Below are positions 28,498 through 37,958 of a DNA stretch of 64,000 bases, piece by piece; within the stretch, counting starts at the first letter, position 1; every line of letters begins with the position of its first letter. This stretch comes from an uncultured Eubacteriales bacterium. GTDB taxonomy: Bacteria; Bacillota; Clostridia; Oscillospirales; CAG-272. The notes beneath the pieces are model-generated. The model ran no database searches. It was not told the origin of the DNA and saw only the letters and a program-made list of their open reading frames with translations. The translations under genes and the position numbers were made by a program. The stretch is from NCBI GenBank assembly GCA_934462825.1, contig CAKSIP010000004.1, forward strand, positions 19,710 through 83,709, in the 5' to 3' direction.

Positions 28498-29505
28498 TTA
28501 ATTTATTATATCATAGTTTACAAAAGATTGAAAGAGATTTACCGCAATATTTATAATTTTTTCAAAATTCGGGTTCCCGTCAATGTCAATCCACTGCACC
28601 TCTCCGTGCGAAGAAAACCAGGTCATTTGTCGCTTGGCATAGTGCTTGGAGGCCTGTTTAATCGCCTGAACCGCTTCATCACGAGTACAAGTCCCTTGCA
28701 AGAACTCCAATATCTCTTTATAACCAATAGCCTGCGCCGCTGTATGATTGGAGACAAAAACGCCCGATTTCCAAAGAGATCTCACCTCATTTTCCAGGCC
28801 TTGCTCCATCATGCGATCCACACGACAGTCAATGCGATCATAAAGCGCCTGGCGATCCAAATAGCGCAGGCCGATCACAAGCGAATGATAGCGTTTTTCC
28901 TGCAATTGGGACTGTCGATCCAACTCGCTTTTGGTGATACCACGGCATCGGTAAATTTCCAATGCACGAATGACACGTCGCAGATTGTTTTCGTGTATTT
29001 TCGCGGCGCTTTCCGGATCCACCCGGCAAAGCAACTGATATACCGCCCCATTTCCCTGCGATTGTGCCAAAGCCTCCAGCTCGGCCCGATATTCGGGGCA
29101 GGCCTCCGGCTGCTCAAAATTCCTGGCACACAGCAGGCTATCCAGATACAAGCCGGTGCCGCCGCAAAAGATCGGAATTTTCCCGCGGCTGGCAACATCC
29201 TCCACGCACCGCGCCGCATCCCGAACATAATCCGCGCAAGAATACACTTCATGCGGATCGGCAATATCCAAAAGATGATGCGGAATCGTTTCCTTTTCGT
29301 CCTCCGTGATCTTTCCCGTGCCCACATCCATCCCGCGATAAATCTGCATGGAATCGCAAGACAAGATTTCCCCGTCGATATGTTTGGCCAGAGCCACCGC
29401 CAAGGCGCTTTTTCCGCTCCCCGTCGGCCCTACCACGGCCACAACGTGCGGTTTAGACCGGCTTTCGGAATCTTTTTCTATATTTCTATCCCTATCTTTA
29501 TCCAT
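28498..29505 (-). CDS. miaA: tRNA dimethylallyltransferase
   Basis: P-loop VVGPTGSGKSALA and SCDSMQIYRGMDVGTGK motif. Start is ATG 29505 or TTG 29514. Confidence 0.9.
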   Translation of the reverse strand: MDKDRDRNIEKDSESRSKPHVVAVVGPTGSGKSALAVALAKHIDGEILSCDSMQIYRGMDVGTGKITEDEKETIPHHLLDIADPHEVYSCADYVRDAARCVEDVASRGKIPIFCGGTGLYLDSLLCARNFEQPEACPEYRAELEALAQSQGNGAVYQLLCRVDPESAAKIHENNLRRVIRALEIYRCRGITKSELDRQSQLQEKRYHSLVIGLRYLDRQALYDRIDCRVDRMMEQGLENEVRSLWKSGVFVSNHTAAQAIGYKEILEFLQGTCTRDEAVQAIKQASKHYAKRQMTWFSSHGEVQWIDIDGNPNFEKIINIAVNLFQSFVNYDIIN

Positions 29506-29520
29506 TCTTTCCAATCCGTT

Positions 29521-29576
29521 TTCTTTTTTGCTTTCTGCTTTATGCTTTCTGCTTTATGCTTTATGCTTTTTGCCAC
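29521..29576 (-). repeat. heptamer tandem array (AAAGCAK)x7-8 in mRNA sense
   Basis: Plus-strand units ttctttt/ttgcttt/ctgcttt/atgcttt/ctgcttt/atgcttt/atgcttt/ttgccac. The array fills the queA-miaA spacer. Confidence 0.85.
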
Positions 29577-29581
29577 GCCGC

Positions 29582-30694
29582 TTATTGGATAAGCATGGCA
29601 TCGCCAAAGGAAAAGAAGCGATACTGCTCGGCTACTGCCGTGCGATACGCTTGCAGCATGGCCTCTCTGTTGTAAAACGCGGAGACCAGCATCAAAAGCG
29701 TGCTTTCCGGCAAATGAAAATTCGTAATCAAGGCATCGACGGCTTTGAAGCGATAGCCCGGATAAATAAAAATCCCCGTATCGCCCGACATCGCCCGAAT
29801 CTGTCCTGTCTCATCCGCCACACTTTCCAGGGTGCGCGTGGAGGTGGTTCCCACGCAAACGATTCGCCCCCCGTTTTTCTTTCTTTCGTTGATCGTTTGG
29901 GCGCTTTCTTCCGAAACGGAAAAATACTCGGTATGCATCAAATGATCCTGAATATGATCTTCCTTCACCGGGCGGAACGTCCCCAGCCCCACATGCAGCA
30001 TAACGGGAACAATGGCAACGCCCTTCGCGCGAATTTTTTCCATCAGCTCCGGCGTAAAATGAAGGCCGGCGGTGGGGGCCGCCGCGGAGCCTTCATCCTT
30101 CGCATAAACCGTCTGATAGCGATTATTGTCCTGCAAGCGCTCGGTAATATACGGCGGCAACGGCATCAGGCCGATCTGATGCAAAATTTCATACACATTG
30201 GCATACTTTGTTTTATCATAGGTAAAGTGGATTTTACGGTTGCCTTCGTCTACAATATCCGTAATCTCTCCGCTAAGGATTCCGTGACCGAAAGAAAGCT
30301 TTTGCCCGATTTTTGCTCGTTTTCCCGGCTTGACCAATGTTTCCCAGCAATCCATCTCCCTCATACGAAGCAGCAACAATTCAATCGTTGCCTCGGGACG
30401 TCCCTCCACGTGGCCGTACAAGCGTGCCGGAATCACCTTGGAATCGTTGATAACCAACACATCCTCCGGGTTCAGATAATCCACTATATCCGAAAAGTGA
30501 CGATGCCGGATGTCACCGGTCGCACGGTCGATCACCATCAAACGGGAAGTATCCCTCGGCTCGATCGGATGCTGTGCAATCAGTTCCTGCGGCAAATCAT
30601 AGTAGAAATCCGCTGTTTTCAGATCGGTTGCCGGCATTTCATTGACGATATAATTGGGGCATATTCCCTTTTTTTCTTGCTTTTCAAGTTCCAT
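29582..30694 (-). CDS. queA: S-adenosylmethionine:tRNA ribosyltransferase-isomerase
   Basis: [16 protein letters not shown]-terminal signature and full-length QueA architecture. GGAG SD before the ATG at 30694. Confidence 0.9.
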   Translation of the reverse strand: MELEKQEKKGICPNYIVNEMPATDLKTADFYYDLPQELIAQHPIEPRDTSRLMVIDRATGDIRHRHFSDIVDYLNPEDVLVINDSKVIPARLYGHVEGRPEATIELLLLRMREMDCWETLVKPGKRAKIGQKLSFGHGILSGEITDIVDEGNRKIHFTYDKTKYANVYEILHQIGLMPLPPYITERLQDNNRYQTVYAKDEGSAAAPTAGLHFTPELMEKIRAKGVAIVPVMLHVGLGTFRPVKEDHIQDHLMHTEYFSVSEESAQTINERKKNGGRIVCVGTTSTRTLESVADETGQIRAMSGDTGIFIYPGYRFKAVDALITNFHLPESTLLMLVSAFYNREAMLQAYRTAVAEQYRFFSFGDAMLIQ

Positions 30695-30926
30695 TTTTCC
30701 ATCTCCATCTGCCGCTCCGGCAACGCCTCACAGGGCTTTCCCAAGCGGGATTGTCGGCTTTTTATACTTTCCCGAAAAAAATGCACCGACAGGCTTCGCA
30801 CTTTTCCGACGAACGCATACACTGTTAATGCCGAGACAAATTTTATATTTTATTATATATCAAAAAGCCAGAAATTGCAAGCATTTCCCGGCTTGATCCC
30901 ATATTTTTTTGAAAAGAGGTGGTTCT

Positions 30927-31835
30927 GTGAGCGTACATGCAAGTCCGATTTTTACCGGCACGGCCACGGCTCTTGTCACGCCCTTTCAAGACGGAAAAAT
31001 TGATTTCCCGACCTTGGGAAAGCTAATGGATCGTCAGATAGAAGCCGGTATTTCCGCTTTAGTGCTATGCGGCACCACCGGAGAGGCCGCCACAATGAGC
31101 ATAGCCGAGCATGTTTCCTGCGTGTCTTTTGCCGCAGAACATGCGAGGGGGCGCGCAACCATCATTGCCGGATGCGGATGTAATTGCACGGCCAAAGCGC
31201 TGACGCTCACCAAGGAATGCTGTCGTGCGGGAGCGGATGCGCTTTTATCGGTGACGCCTTATTACAACAAAGCCTCGCCGGAGGGGCTTATCCGACATTT
31301 TTCTCTCATTGCCGATACAGCGGAAAAGCCCGTTTTGCTTTATAATGTTCCTTCCCGAACCGGTTGCCATATTCCCATTGCCGTTTATGAGGTTCTGGCA
31401 CGCCACGGAAACATTGTCGGAACCAAGGAGGCCTCCGGCAATCTCAGCGCCATTGCCGAAGTGGCCGCACGATGCGGGCCGGACTTTGCCATTTATTCCG
31501 GGAATGACGATCAATATCTCCCCATTCTGTCGATTGGCGGCGTCGGATGTGTCTCGGTGGTTGCCAATATTATGCCGAAAGAAACGGAGCAAATCGGGCT
31601 TCTTTACAAATCCGGCCTTTTTGCGCAAGCTCAAACTGCACAGCTTTCTTTACTTCCGCTGATCGCTGCGCTGTTTTGTGAAGTCAACCCGATTCCCGTC
31701 AAATATGCGCTCTCTCGGATGGGGCTGTGCCGGGAGGAGATGCGGCTGCCCCTGTGCCCTCCGGCACCCGAATCGCAACGGCGCATTGAAGCCGTTTTGC
31801 GACAATATGCGCTGTTGCCGAAGGGCGGCGATTAG
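30927..31835 (+). CDS. dapA: 4-hydroxy-tetrahydrodipicolinate synthase
   Basis: GTTGE motif (CGTTGEAATMS) and Schiff-base Lys context IVGTKEASGN. GTG start at 30927 after a GAGGTGG SD. The ORF-track TTG at 30909 was rejected. Confidence 0.9.
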   Translation: MSVHASPIFTGTATALVTPFQDGKIDFPTLGKLMDRQIEAGISALVLCGTTGEAATMSIAEHVSCVSFAAEHARGRATIIAGCGCNCTAKALTLTKECCRAGADALLSVTPYYNKASPEGLIRHFSLIADTAEKPVLLYNVPSRTGCHIPIAVYEVLARHGNIVGTKEASGNLSAIAEVAARCGPDFAIYSGNDDQYLPILSIGGVGCVSVVANIMPKETEQIGLLYKSGLFAQAQTAQLSLLPLIAALFCEVNPIPVKYALSRMGLCREEMRLPLCPPAPESQRRIEAVLRQYALLPKGGD

Positions 31836-31896
31836 GCTATGCTTTTGCATCAAAAACCAGATTGTGTCCCATTTCCGACAAACTTCGGCTGTTTTT

Positions 31897-31938
31897 AGGG
31901 GATGTCGAAAAATCCTGAAGGATTTTTCGACATCCCCT
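31897..31938. terminator. bidirectional terminator between dapA and the LRR gene
   Basis: 19-bp perfect stem AGGGGATGTCGAAAAATCC/GGATTTTTCGACATCCCCT with loop TGAA. The flanking genes converge on it. Confidence 0.8.
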
Positions 31939-31961
31939 ATCGTTTCAAAACCACAAAAATA

Positions 31962-33254
31962 TTATTCTTTCGTTTCCGATTCTACCGTCGCAACCGCATC
32001 GTCCTCGGATGCGTCCGATGCATTTTCGTTTTCAACAAGCTCGGACGAGCCAAGTTCGGGCGTCTTTTCCTCCGTCAAAACAGTGGCGGCAGGACTTGTT
32101 TCTTCGGTAGCTTCTTCTTTTTCTTCGTTTTCTTGTGTATGGGCCTCCCATGCGGTCGGCGTCTCTGTTTCGGTTACTTCGTTTGCTTCGGTTGTTTCCG
32201 CCGATTCTACCGGAGTGAGCAGCGGCATATCGGGCGTGACTTCCGTGCAGCCTTCCTCGGCCTTGATTTCCGCCTCATTCCGATTCTGCTCTTCCGGGCA
32301 AATCACAAGCAACCGATTTTTTTGGATCAGTTTTTTCAGTGCTCGGCGAAGCGTTTGCGCGCTTTTTTCATTGTACACAACGATGGTCAAGGGATGATTT
32401 TCATCCAACCGGCAATTTTGAAAAGCGTTGGCGCTGATTTTCCACTTAGCCGGCATCAGTTGCAAGGATTTCAGCTCAAAGCAGCCCTCAAAAGCTCGTG
32501 CTTGTATTTTTATTTTGCGTAGTTTTTCATTGCTGCTTTCCTCGCCGATCACGACTTCCGAAAGAGCACGGCATCCCGAAAAGGCGCCTTTCCCGATTTT
32601 CTTCAAGTCTTGGCCGATTTGAACGTTTTTCAAATTGTAGCAACCGGAAAAAGCCTTTTTTTCAATAACGCGCAAAGGGGATGAGAAGGCAAGGGATTCC
32701 AGCGCCATACATCCGGCAAACGCCTTTTCCCGAACAATCTCCACCGCCGGCCCCATTTCCAAAGAGGTCAGGCGCTGGCAGTCATAGAAGGCTTTTTCGG
32801 GTATGATGCGATGAAGAATCGGAATCTGAACTTGCTTCAGCTGGTGACAACCGCTAAAGCATTCCGCTCCAAATTCAATCAGATATGGATTGATGGCCGC
32901 TTCTTTCAAGCTGTAGCAGTTTTTGAAAGCGCTTTCGCCGATAGAAATAACAGAATTCATGTTTTGCAAGCTTTCCATCGCAAAGCAGTTTTCAAAAGCG
33001 CATTCTTCCACGATAACCTGACCGGCCGGCGGGAAAACGACCGTTTTCAACCCCGAACAATCGCTGAAGGCCTTTTTTTGAATGGTACGGATATTGCCCG
33101 GTATCGACACTTTTTCAATGATTTGTCTGCGTTTTACGCAAAACGCGCCTTCGCCCACACCGATTAGTTTTAAACGGCAAGGAAGCTCCATTTCTTTGTC
33201 CGGGCGTTTACATTTTACAATCAGGCCGTAGCGTTCCTTATAAATTTTTCTCAT
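31962..33254 (-). CDS. BspA-type leucine-rich-repeat (LRR_5) protein with acidic Thr/Glu-rich C-terminal tail, no signal peptide
   Basis: About 11 repeats of the pattern I..(K/E)AF..C..L..v (e.g. IQKKAFSDCSGLKTVVF, IGESAFKNCYSLKEAAI, IGKGAFSGCRALSEVVI). Its start overlaps the upstream ThrE gene by 17 nt. Confidence 0.75.
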   Translation of the reverse strand: MRKIYKERYGLIVKCKRPDKEMELPCRLKLIGVGEGAFCVKRRQIIEKVSIPGNIRTIQKKAFSDCSGLKTVVFPPAGQVIVEECAFENCFAMESLQNMNSVISIGESAFKNCYSLKEAAINPYLIEFGAECFSGCHQLKQVQIPILHRIIPEKAFYDCQRLTSLEMGPAVEIVREKAFAGCMALESLAFSSPLRVIEKKAFSGCYNLKNVQIGQDLKKIGKGAFSGCRALSEVVIGEESSNEKLRKIKIQARAFEGCFELKSLQLMPAKWKISANAFQNCRLDENHPLTIVVYNEKSAQTLRRALKKLIQKNRLLVICPEEQNRNEAEIKAEEGCTEVTPDMPLLTPVESAETTEANEVTETETPTAWEAHTQENEEKEEATEETSPAATVLTEEKTPELGSSELVENENASDASEDDAVATVESETKE

Positions 33255-33765
33255 CGAGCGCTCTCCTTTTTTTCCTACCCTTAAAATATTGAATCACGCG
33301 AATCCCTACGATCACTACAACAATACCGAACGCGATAGCAACAGCCACTTTCAGCGTTTCCATGGCACGAGAGACAGCCAAATCCCATTCCCCTGCAACA
33401 ATATACCGCATGGTGTAATACAAGCCGTTTCCGGGCACCAAGGGAACGATAGACGGGAAAATGAACACCGTAGCCGGTGCTTTCAATACTCTTGCCATCA
33501 GTTGCGAATAATTGGTAGCAAGCAAGGAAGCAATCAAATAACAAATAAAAATTTCATTGGTAATAAAATGATTCAAAAGCAAATAAATGGCCCAGGAAAT
33601 GCCGCCGCCCAAGGCCGCGCAAATCAGCTTTTTTCCCTTCAAATCAAAGATCATGCTGAATCCGATGGAGCTTATCAGGGCGCAAAGGGTTTGCAGAATG
33701 GATTGCAAAGGTTCTCTCAGTTCCGTTATACTAACATTCATCATATCAAAGCAAGTCCTCCGCAC
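33238..33765 (-). CDS. threonine/serine-exporter-family protein, small subunit (ThrE C-terminal half-type)
   Basis: 175 aa with about 5 TM helices. Overlaps the preceding ThrE-type gene by 25 nt. This two-gene split resembles the YjjP/YjjB arrangement. Confidence 0.7.
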   Translation of the reverse strand: MRRTCFDMMNVSITELREPLQSILQTLCALISSIGFSMIFDLKGKKLICAALGGGISWAIYLLLNHFITNEIFICYLIASLLATNYSQLMARVLKAPATVFIFPSIVPLVPGNGLYYTMRYIVAGEWDLAVSRAMETLKVAVAIAFGIVVVIVGIRVIQYFKGRKKRRALDEKNL

Positions 33766-34574
33766 AGATAAACGGCAAAAGCATATCCGCTGGCAATGGC
33801 GCAGGCAATCAGCACCGATTCATACAATTTCAGCGTTCCCGTTGCGGTATCGCCGGACAATACATCCTCCATGGCCGAGGTAAAGTTGATACCCGGTATC
33901 ACAAGCATGATACATCCAATCATAATCTTATCCAAATTGTTCCCTATGCCAAAACGCACGCTAAAGATGGAAATTACACCGGCCACGAAAGCGCATAGCA
34001 TGTAATAAACCACTTTATTCATACGATTGTTATAGATGTACCGGTCTATGACAAATATCACAAAGGCTCCGATCATTGTCGCCAACGCGTCCCTCAAGGT
34101 ACCTCCGAAAAAGACGACACATCCCCCGGCAGCCAGAAAACTGCCGAGTATGCCCCGCCAGGCGGGCGGGCGCTGGGCATAAACAATTTTCCGCATGCGA
34201 CTTTCCACTTCCTCAATCGCGGGGCGAGTGCGGCAAATATACCGCGAAAGCTCGTTTAGCTCCTCAAGTCGGTTAAATTCACGTCCGCTGGCGCAGATTC
34301 TGCGCGATTGGGTAATGATTTCCCCGTTTTCCCAACAAACCGTCACAATAATCGCCGACGTGATGGAAAACACATCCGCCCGCAAAGCGCCATACGCCGT
34401 ACACAGGCGACTGATGGTTTCTTCTACACGGTTCACCTCTCCGCCGCAAATCAGCATTTGCTCGCCAATATCCAGGATCAGCTGTGTGAGTTGATTTTTA
34501 CTTTCAGGAAGGGGCGGCGTATTTTGCTGTCCGCTTTCTTCTATTTCCGTTTTATCCGAATTCATTTTCAACAT
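33741..34574 (-). CDS. threonine/serine-exporter-family protein, large subunit (ThrE N-terminal half-type)
   Basis: 277 aa. Soluble N-terminal region followed by about 5 TM helices. Alternative start at ATG 34565. Confidence 0.7.
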   Translation of the reverse strand: MLKMNSDKTEIEESGQQNTPPLPESKNQLTQLILDIGEQMLICGGEVNRVEETISRLCTAYGALRADVFSITSAIIVTVCWENGEIITQSRRICASGREFNRLEELNELSRYICRTRPAIEEVESRMRKIVYAQRPPAWRGILGSFLAAGGCVVFFGGTLRDALATMIGAFVIFVIDRYIYNNRMNKVVYYMLCAFVAGVISIFSVRFGIGNNLDKIMIGCIMLVIPGINFTSAMEDVLSGDTATGTLKLYESVLIACAIASGYAFAVYLCGGLALI

Positions 34575-34608
34575 CCCTTTCTCAAAAGAAAGTTAAATCT
34601 TCCTGTTT

Positions 34609-37600
34609 TCACAATCCAAGAGCCACCCTGCATTCCGCATCTTTTTCAAAGTCCGCTGTCAACGTCCGGCGCTCTCCCTCATGCAGAAGGACAAATTCCG
34701 TTTTTCCGACGCCCTGCAGCTTGAGCGATGCTCGATCGGTAAACTCCACCTCGGCTCTTTCGTCGTAAGAAAAGACTGCGGTTTTATCCTGCACGGCAAT
34801 TTTGACAAGTGTACCAAACGGAAGCGATATGTCATATGAATCGGCTCCGATACGAAGCGTACAATGCCGCGGCGATTGAGGATCGCGGTACCAATCCACG
34901 GCCAGCACATAAATATCCCTCTCCTGCTCTGCATCGTAAACCGTAAATTCCACATCGTCGCCACACTCGATCCACGCAGACTCTTGCCGATTGTATTGCT
35001 CTGTCAATTCACGGACGGTGGCGATATAGCTGTCGCAAATGGCTTCATTGTGCGGAAAGGCTTTTGCATTGTAGAAATACAGAGTGCCCTTTCCCAGCGG
35101 GATTTTCACTTTTAACGGAGCGCCTGCATCGGTGCGCTCCAAAACCTCTGCCTGATCGCAGAGAGAAGTGCCGATTTCCAGCGGTTTCTCATGCACGGCG
35201 TCCGTCAGGAACTTCGGCTCGGTTTTTCCGCCTGTCAAAAGACGAATCAAAGCATGCTCTGCGTAGGAATGACGACCGGAAAGGATTTCGTCCCGTTTTG
35301 TCGAGGAGGACAGGTGCGCCCAGGAAAGAACGGCCGTTCCTCCGTTTTCCACGTAGCGCTGCATCCGATCCAAGTCCTTCGGCGTCACGCAGTGGCAACC
35401 GCCAAAGACAAGCAGTTTATAATCTCCGTAAATGTCATTTCCTTCGGCCGTAATGGTATCCACATTGCCAAGCGGTGTGCCCGAATAATAGCCCACGGCG
35501 TTATGAGGGCAATTGTGAATATAGAGGGCCTCGCCCGGTTTGGACAGCGGATAAAAGATCTTGTAAAGATCCGTCCAGCTCTGTTCAGGATCGTCCTCCG
35601 GGAAATCGCGCACGCCGTAAACGCCCGAATGGCCAAAGCCTACGGTTCCGTCATAGCGTCCCGAAACAAATGCTACCGGCGTATAATAAGAGCCGCGTCT
35701 TGTGTGGCACAAAACATACGAGGTGAGATCCTGTTGGTGCTTCAAATAGGCCGAGCAAGCCTCTGTAAAGCGGTGGAAATAGGAATAATACTCCTCAATA
35801 TGCCACAGGCCTTCCTCGGTATTGATTTGCGTAATTCCCTGTATATATCCGACATAAAGAGCCAGCCGATAGCGGCGGTATTTGGCCGGATCGTCATGCG
35901 GCGAGCTTGACCATTGCATGGCATGGTGGGCGCCTATCGCGTTCTTCCCATAAGATTTAGCCGTTCCGCGCAGGCTGGAAACATTGGTTTCCATCGTTCC
36001 GTACATCAGTTCGGCACCGAAGAAATCAAACCCCGCCTGATAAAAGCATTTGCTGAGCGTGCTGGGGCCTGAATGACGGGGCGTTCCCGTTCGTATGGAT
36101 GTCAATATGCGCACGGCTTCTTCCTGCGTTTGTTTCAAATCCCCGTTTACATTTTCGGCATGGGGCCATGTCACGGCTTTATCAATCACCGTATAGTTGG
36201 CGGGACAATACACATTATCCGTAATATCCGGGCGTTCGAGGTAAAGCTTTTGTCCAAGGCCGTTAAACATATCAAGCTGACGGATCTTCCGTTTTCCGAA
36301 AATATGCGTTCCCCAATAAAAAATCTCTCCGTCGGTTTCGTGCATCTGACGACCAAGGAACATAGGGCCTTCCAGCATTGCCACGCTGGGGTTGGCCTGC
36401 AAGCCGGGCAGATCCCGCCCTTCGGTCATATGGGCATAACGGATGCCGAGATCGGTCATCACGCGGCGGAACATTTCCCAGGTTTTTAAATTGAGCTTTC
36501 GGGCGCCTCCCCAACGGTAAATCGGACGAATGGTCAAAAAGTTTCCGACGCCGTTTGCCACATACCAAGAAAGATATTCTTCCATTTCCTCGTAATTCTG
36601 GCTGATATAAACCGCGTCGCTGGTGCCGGTATATACGTGGTCTTCCGCTTTTTCCGCCATTTGTTCAATTTCACAGGTTTGCGAATAGCCGTTGCAGGAA
36701 AGGCAAAATTCGGCATGGTTGCAAGCGGCATTGGCTCTCAGCTTGAAGACGTTAAGTCCGCTTTCCTCAAAGCAAACCGAAGCCGGGGCGGAAAGCACGC
36801 CGCTCTCGCAAGAAAAGGAAACCGTAACATGGGAGTGTGCCGTTTTTAGAAGAATCGGAATCTCCTTCTGCGGATGAGCAATGCGCGGCACGGCAATCAC
36901 ATCAAAAGGATGCCCGCCCGGTTGCTCCAAAATGGCAACCTCACGGAACGCATACGGAAGCGCGCCGAGATAATCGCTCAGCAAGTGAAATTCCACGCAG
37001 TTTTCCTTCGCTTTCAAAAGGCCGGCGGGAATGGCTACCTCCATTTCGGCATATCGATGACAGCGCTCGAAAAGCTCGCCCGAATAAATCGTTTCTCCAT
37101 TCAACGCAATGGCAAAAACCGGCCACTCCTTGCGCGACAGGTTCATACCGAGCCAATCAAAAAAGTCGTTATCCGAGCAGACTGTATTAAAGTCCGGCAA
37201 CACATTATAGCTTTGCTTTTTGTATATGTAGGACAAGGTCGGAAGCTCAAAATAGGCTTCACCCTCATAGGCAAGCCCTTCCAGCGTTATCACAACGGCC
37301 GCTGTAGTCGCCTTCGAAATTTGCACGGGCATCCGAAGCGGCTTCATCGCATAGCTTCCCTCCGGGATCGACAGAGTATAGGTGTGATCCGGCACACGTC
37401 CGGTCAACAAAGGATCCCATCCCTCTTTTTTATCCCACACTTCAAGAACCAGCCGCAGATAGCCGCCTTCCTTGATATGAAGTCCTTTGACCTCGGCAGA
37501 AATGCCGAAGTCAAAGGTATCGGATTCAGGGCGGATACTCAGATAGGAAAGCTTGGGGGGCCACATGATTTTATATAGCGCCCTTTTTGCATAATCCAAA

Positions 37601-37881
37601 GGAGCGGTCGCGGACAAATTCAAGCAATAACGGGCGCTTGCTGCGTGTTCGCTGTCCAAAGCGTCTTCGATTTGAAAGTACATTTTTCTCATATCGGGCT
37701 CGTTTTTCCACAGGTAAAACAGCTGCGTTTCACCTGTAAAGAAAAGCCGATGGGAAGCCGAAAGCTCGGCATCCTCCAAATCAAACGTATAAGAGACGCT
37801 TTGCCCCGAACGAATCAAGTCGTCCTGTTCGTACTGCTCCGGGTTCCGAACGCAAAAATATTTTTCAAACAAATTATTCAT
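34609..37881 (-). CDS. 1090-aa cytoplasmic multi-domain protein of unknown function, putative glycoside-hydrolase-like
   Basis: Uninterrupted ORF with an SD. No signal peptide or TM helix. The segment YKLLVFGGCHCVTPKDLDRMQRYVENGGTAVLSWAHL resembles the GH42 middle (class-I glutamine-amidotransferase-like) domain. The preceding ~350 aa are TIM-barrel-like. Function not established. Confidence 0.55.
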   Translation of the reverse strand: MNNLFEKYFCVRNPEQYEQDDLIRSGQSVSYTFDLEDAELSASHRLFFTGETQLFYLWKNEPDMRKMYFQIEDALDSEHAASARYCLNLSATAPLDYAKRALYKIMWPPKLSYLSIRPESDTFDFGISAEVKGLHIKEGGYLRLVLEVWDKKEGWDPLLTGRVPDHTYTLSIPEGSYAMKPLRMPVQISKATTAAVVITLEGLAYEGEAYFELPTLSYIYKKQSYNVLPDFNTVCSDNDFFDWLGMNLSRKEWPVFAIALNGETIYSGELFERCHRYAEMEVAIPAGLLKAKENCVEFHLLSDYLGALPYAFREVAILEQPGGHPFDVIAVPRIAHPQKEIPILLKTAHSHVTVSFSCESGVLSAPASVCFEESGLNVFKLRANAACNHAEFCLSCNGYSQTCEIEQMAEKAEDHVYTGTSDAVYISQNYEEMEEYLSWYVANGVGNFLTIRPIYRWGGARKLNLKTWEMFRRVMTDLGIRYAHMTEGRDLPGLQANPSVAMLEGPMFLGRQMHETDGEIFYWGTHIFGKRKIRQLDMFNGLGQKLYLERPDITDNVYCPANYTVIDKAVTWPHAENVNGDLKQTQEEAVRILTSIRTGTPRHSGPSTLSKCFYQAGFDFFGAELMYGTMETNVSSLRGTAKSYGKNAIGAHHAMQWSSSPHDDPAKYRRYRLALYVGYIQGITQINTEEGLWHIEEYYSYFHRFTEACSAYLKHQQDLTSYVLCHTRRGSYYTPVAFVSGRYDGTVGFGHSGVYGVRDFPEDDPEQSWTDLYKIFYPLSKPGEALYIHNCPHNAVGYYSGTPLGNVDTITAEGNDIYGDYKLLVFGGCHCVTPKDLDRMQRYVENGGTAVLSWAHLSSSTKRDEILSGRHSYAEHALIRLLTGGKTEPKFLTDAVHEKPLEIGTSLCDQAEVLERTDAGAPLKVKIPLGKGTLYFYNAKAFPHNEAICDSYIATVRELTEQYNRQESAWIECGDDVEFTVYDAEQERDIYVLAVDWYRDPQSPRHCTLRIGADSYDISLPFGTLVKIAVQDKTAVFSYDERAEVEFTDRASLKLQGVGKTEFVLLHEGERRTLTADFEKDAECRVALGL

Positions 37882-37958
37882 GTTAACCTACCCCAATTTT
37901 GCCGTGTTTTATCGTATTTTAGCGGATGGGGCACATTCAAGTGCCATCAAAAGTTTCA

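Noticed and set aside
11086-29576. Short tandem arrays considered as CRISPR-like or minisatellite mobile DNA.
   Set aside because: The units are 6-9 nt with no spacers, the arrays are 40-80 nt long, and there are no cas genes. This is incompatible with CRISPR. They are reported as tandem repeats instead.
30695-30926. Possible lysine riboswitch (L-box) in the 232-nt queA/dapA divergent region.
   Set aside because: I could not find the conserved L-box core elements or a terminator/anti-terminator pair. The region looks like ordinary divergent promoter DNA. A cmscan would settle the question.
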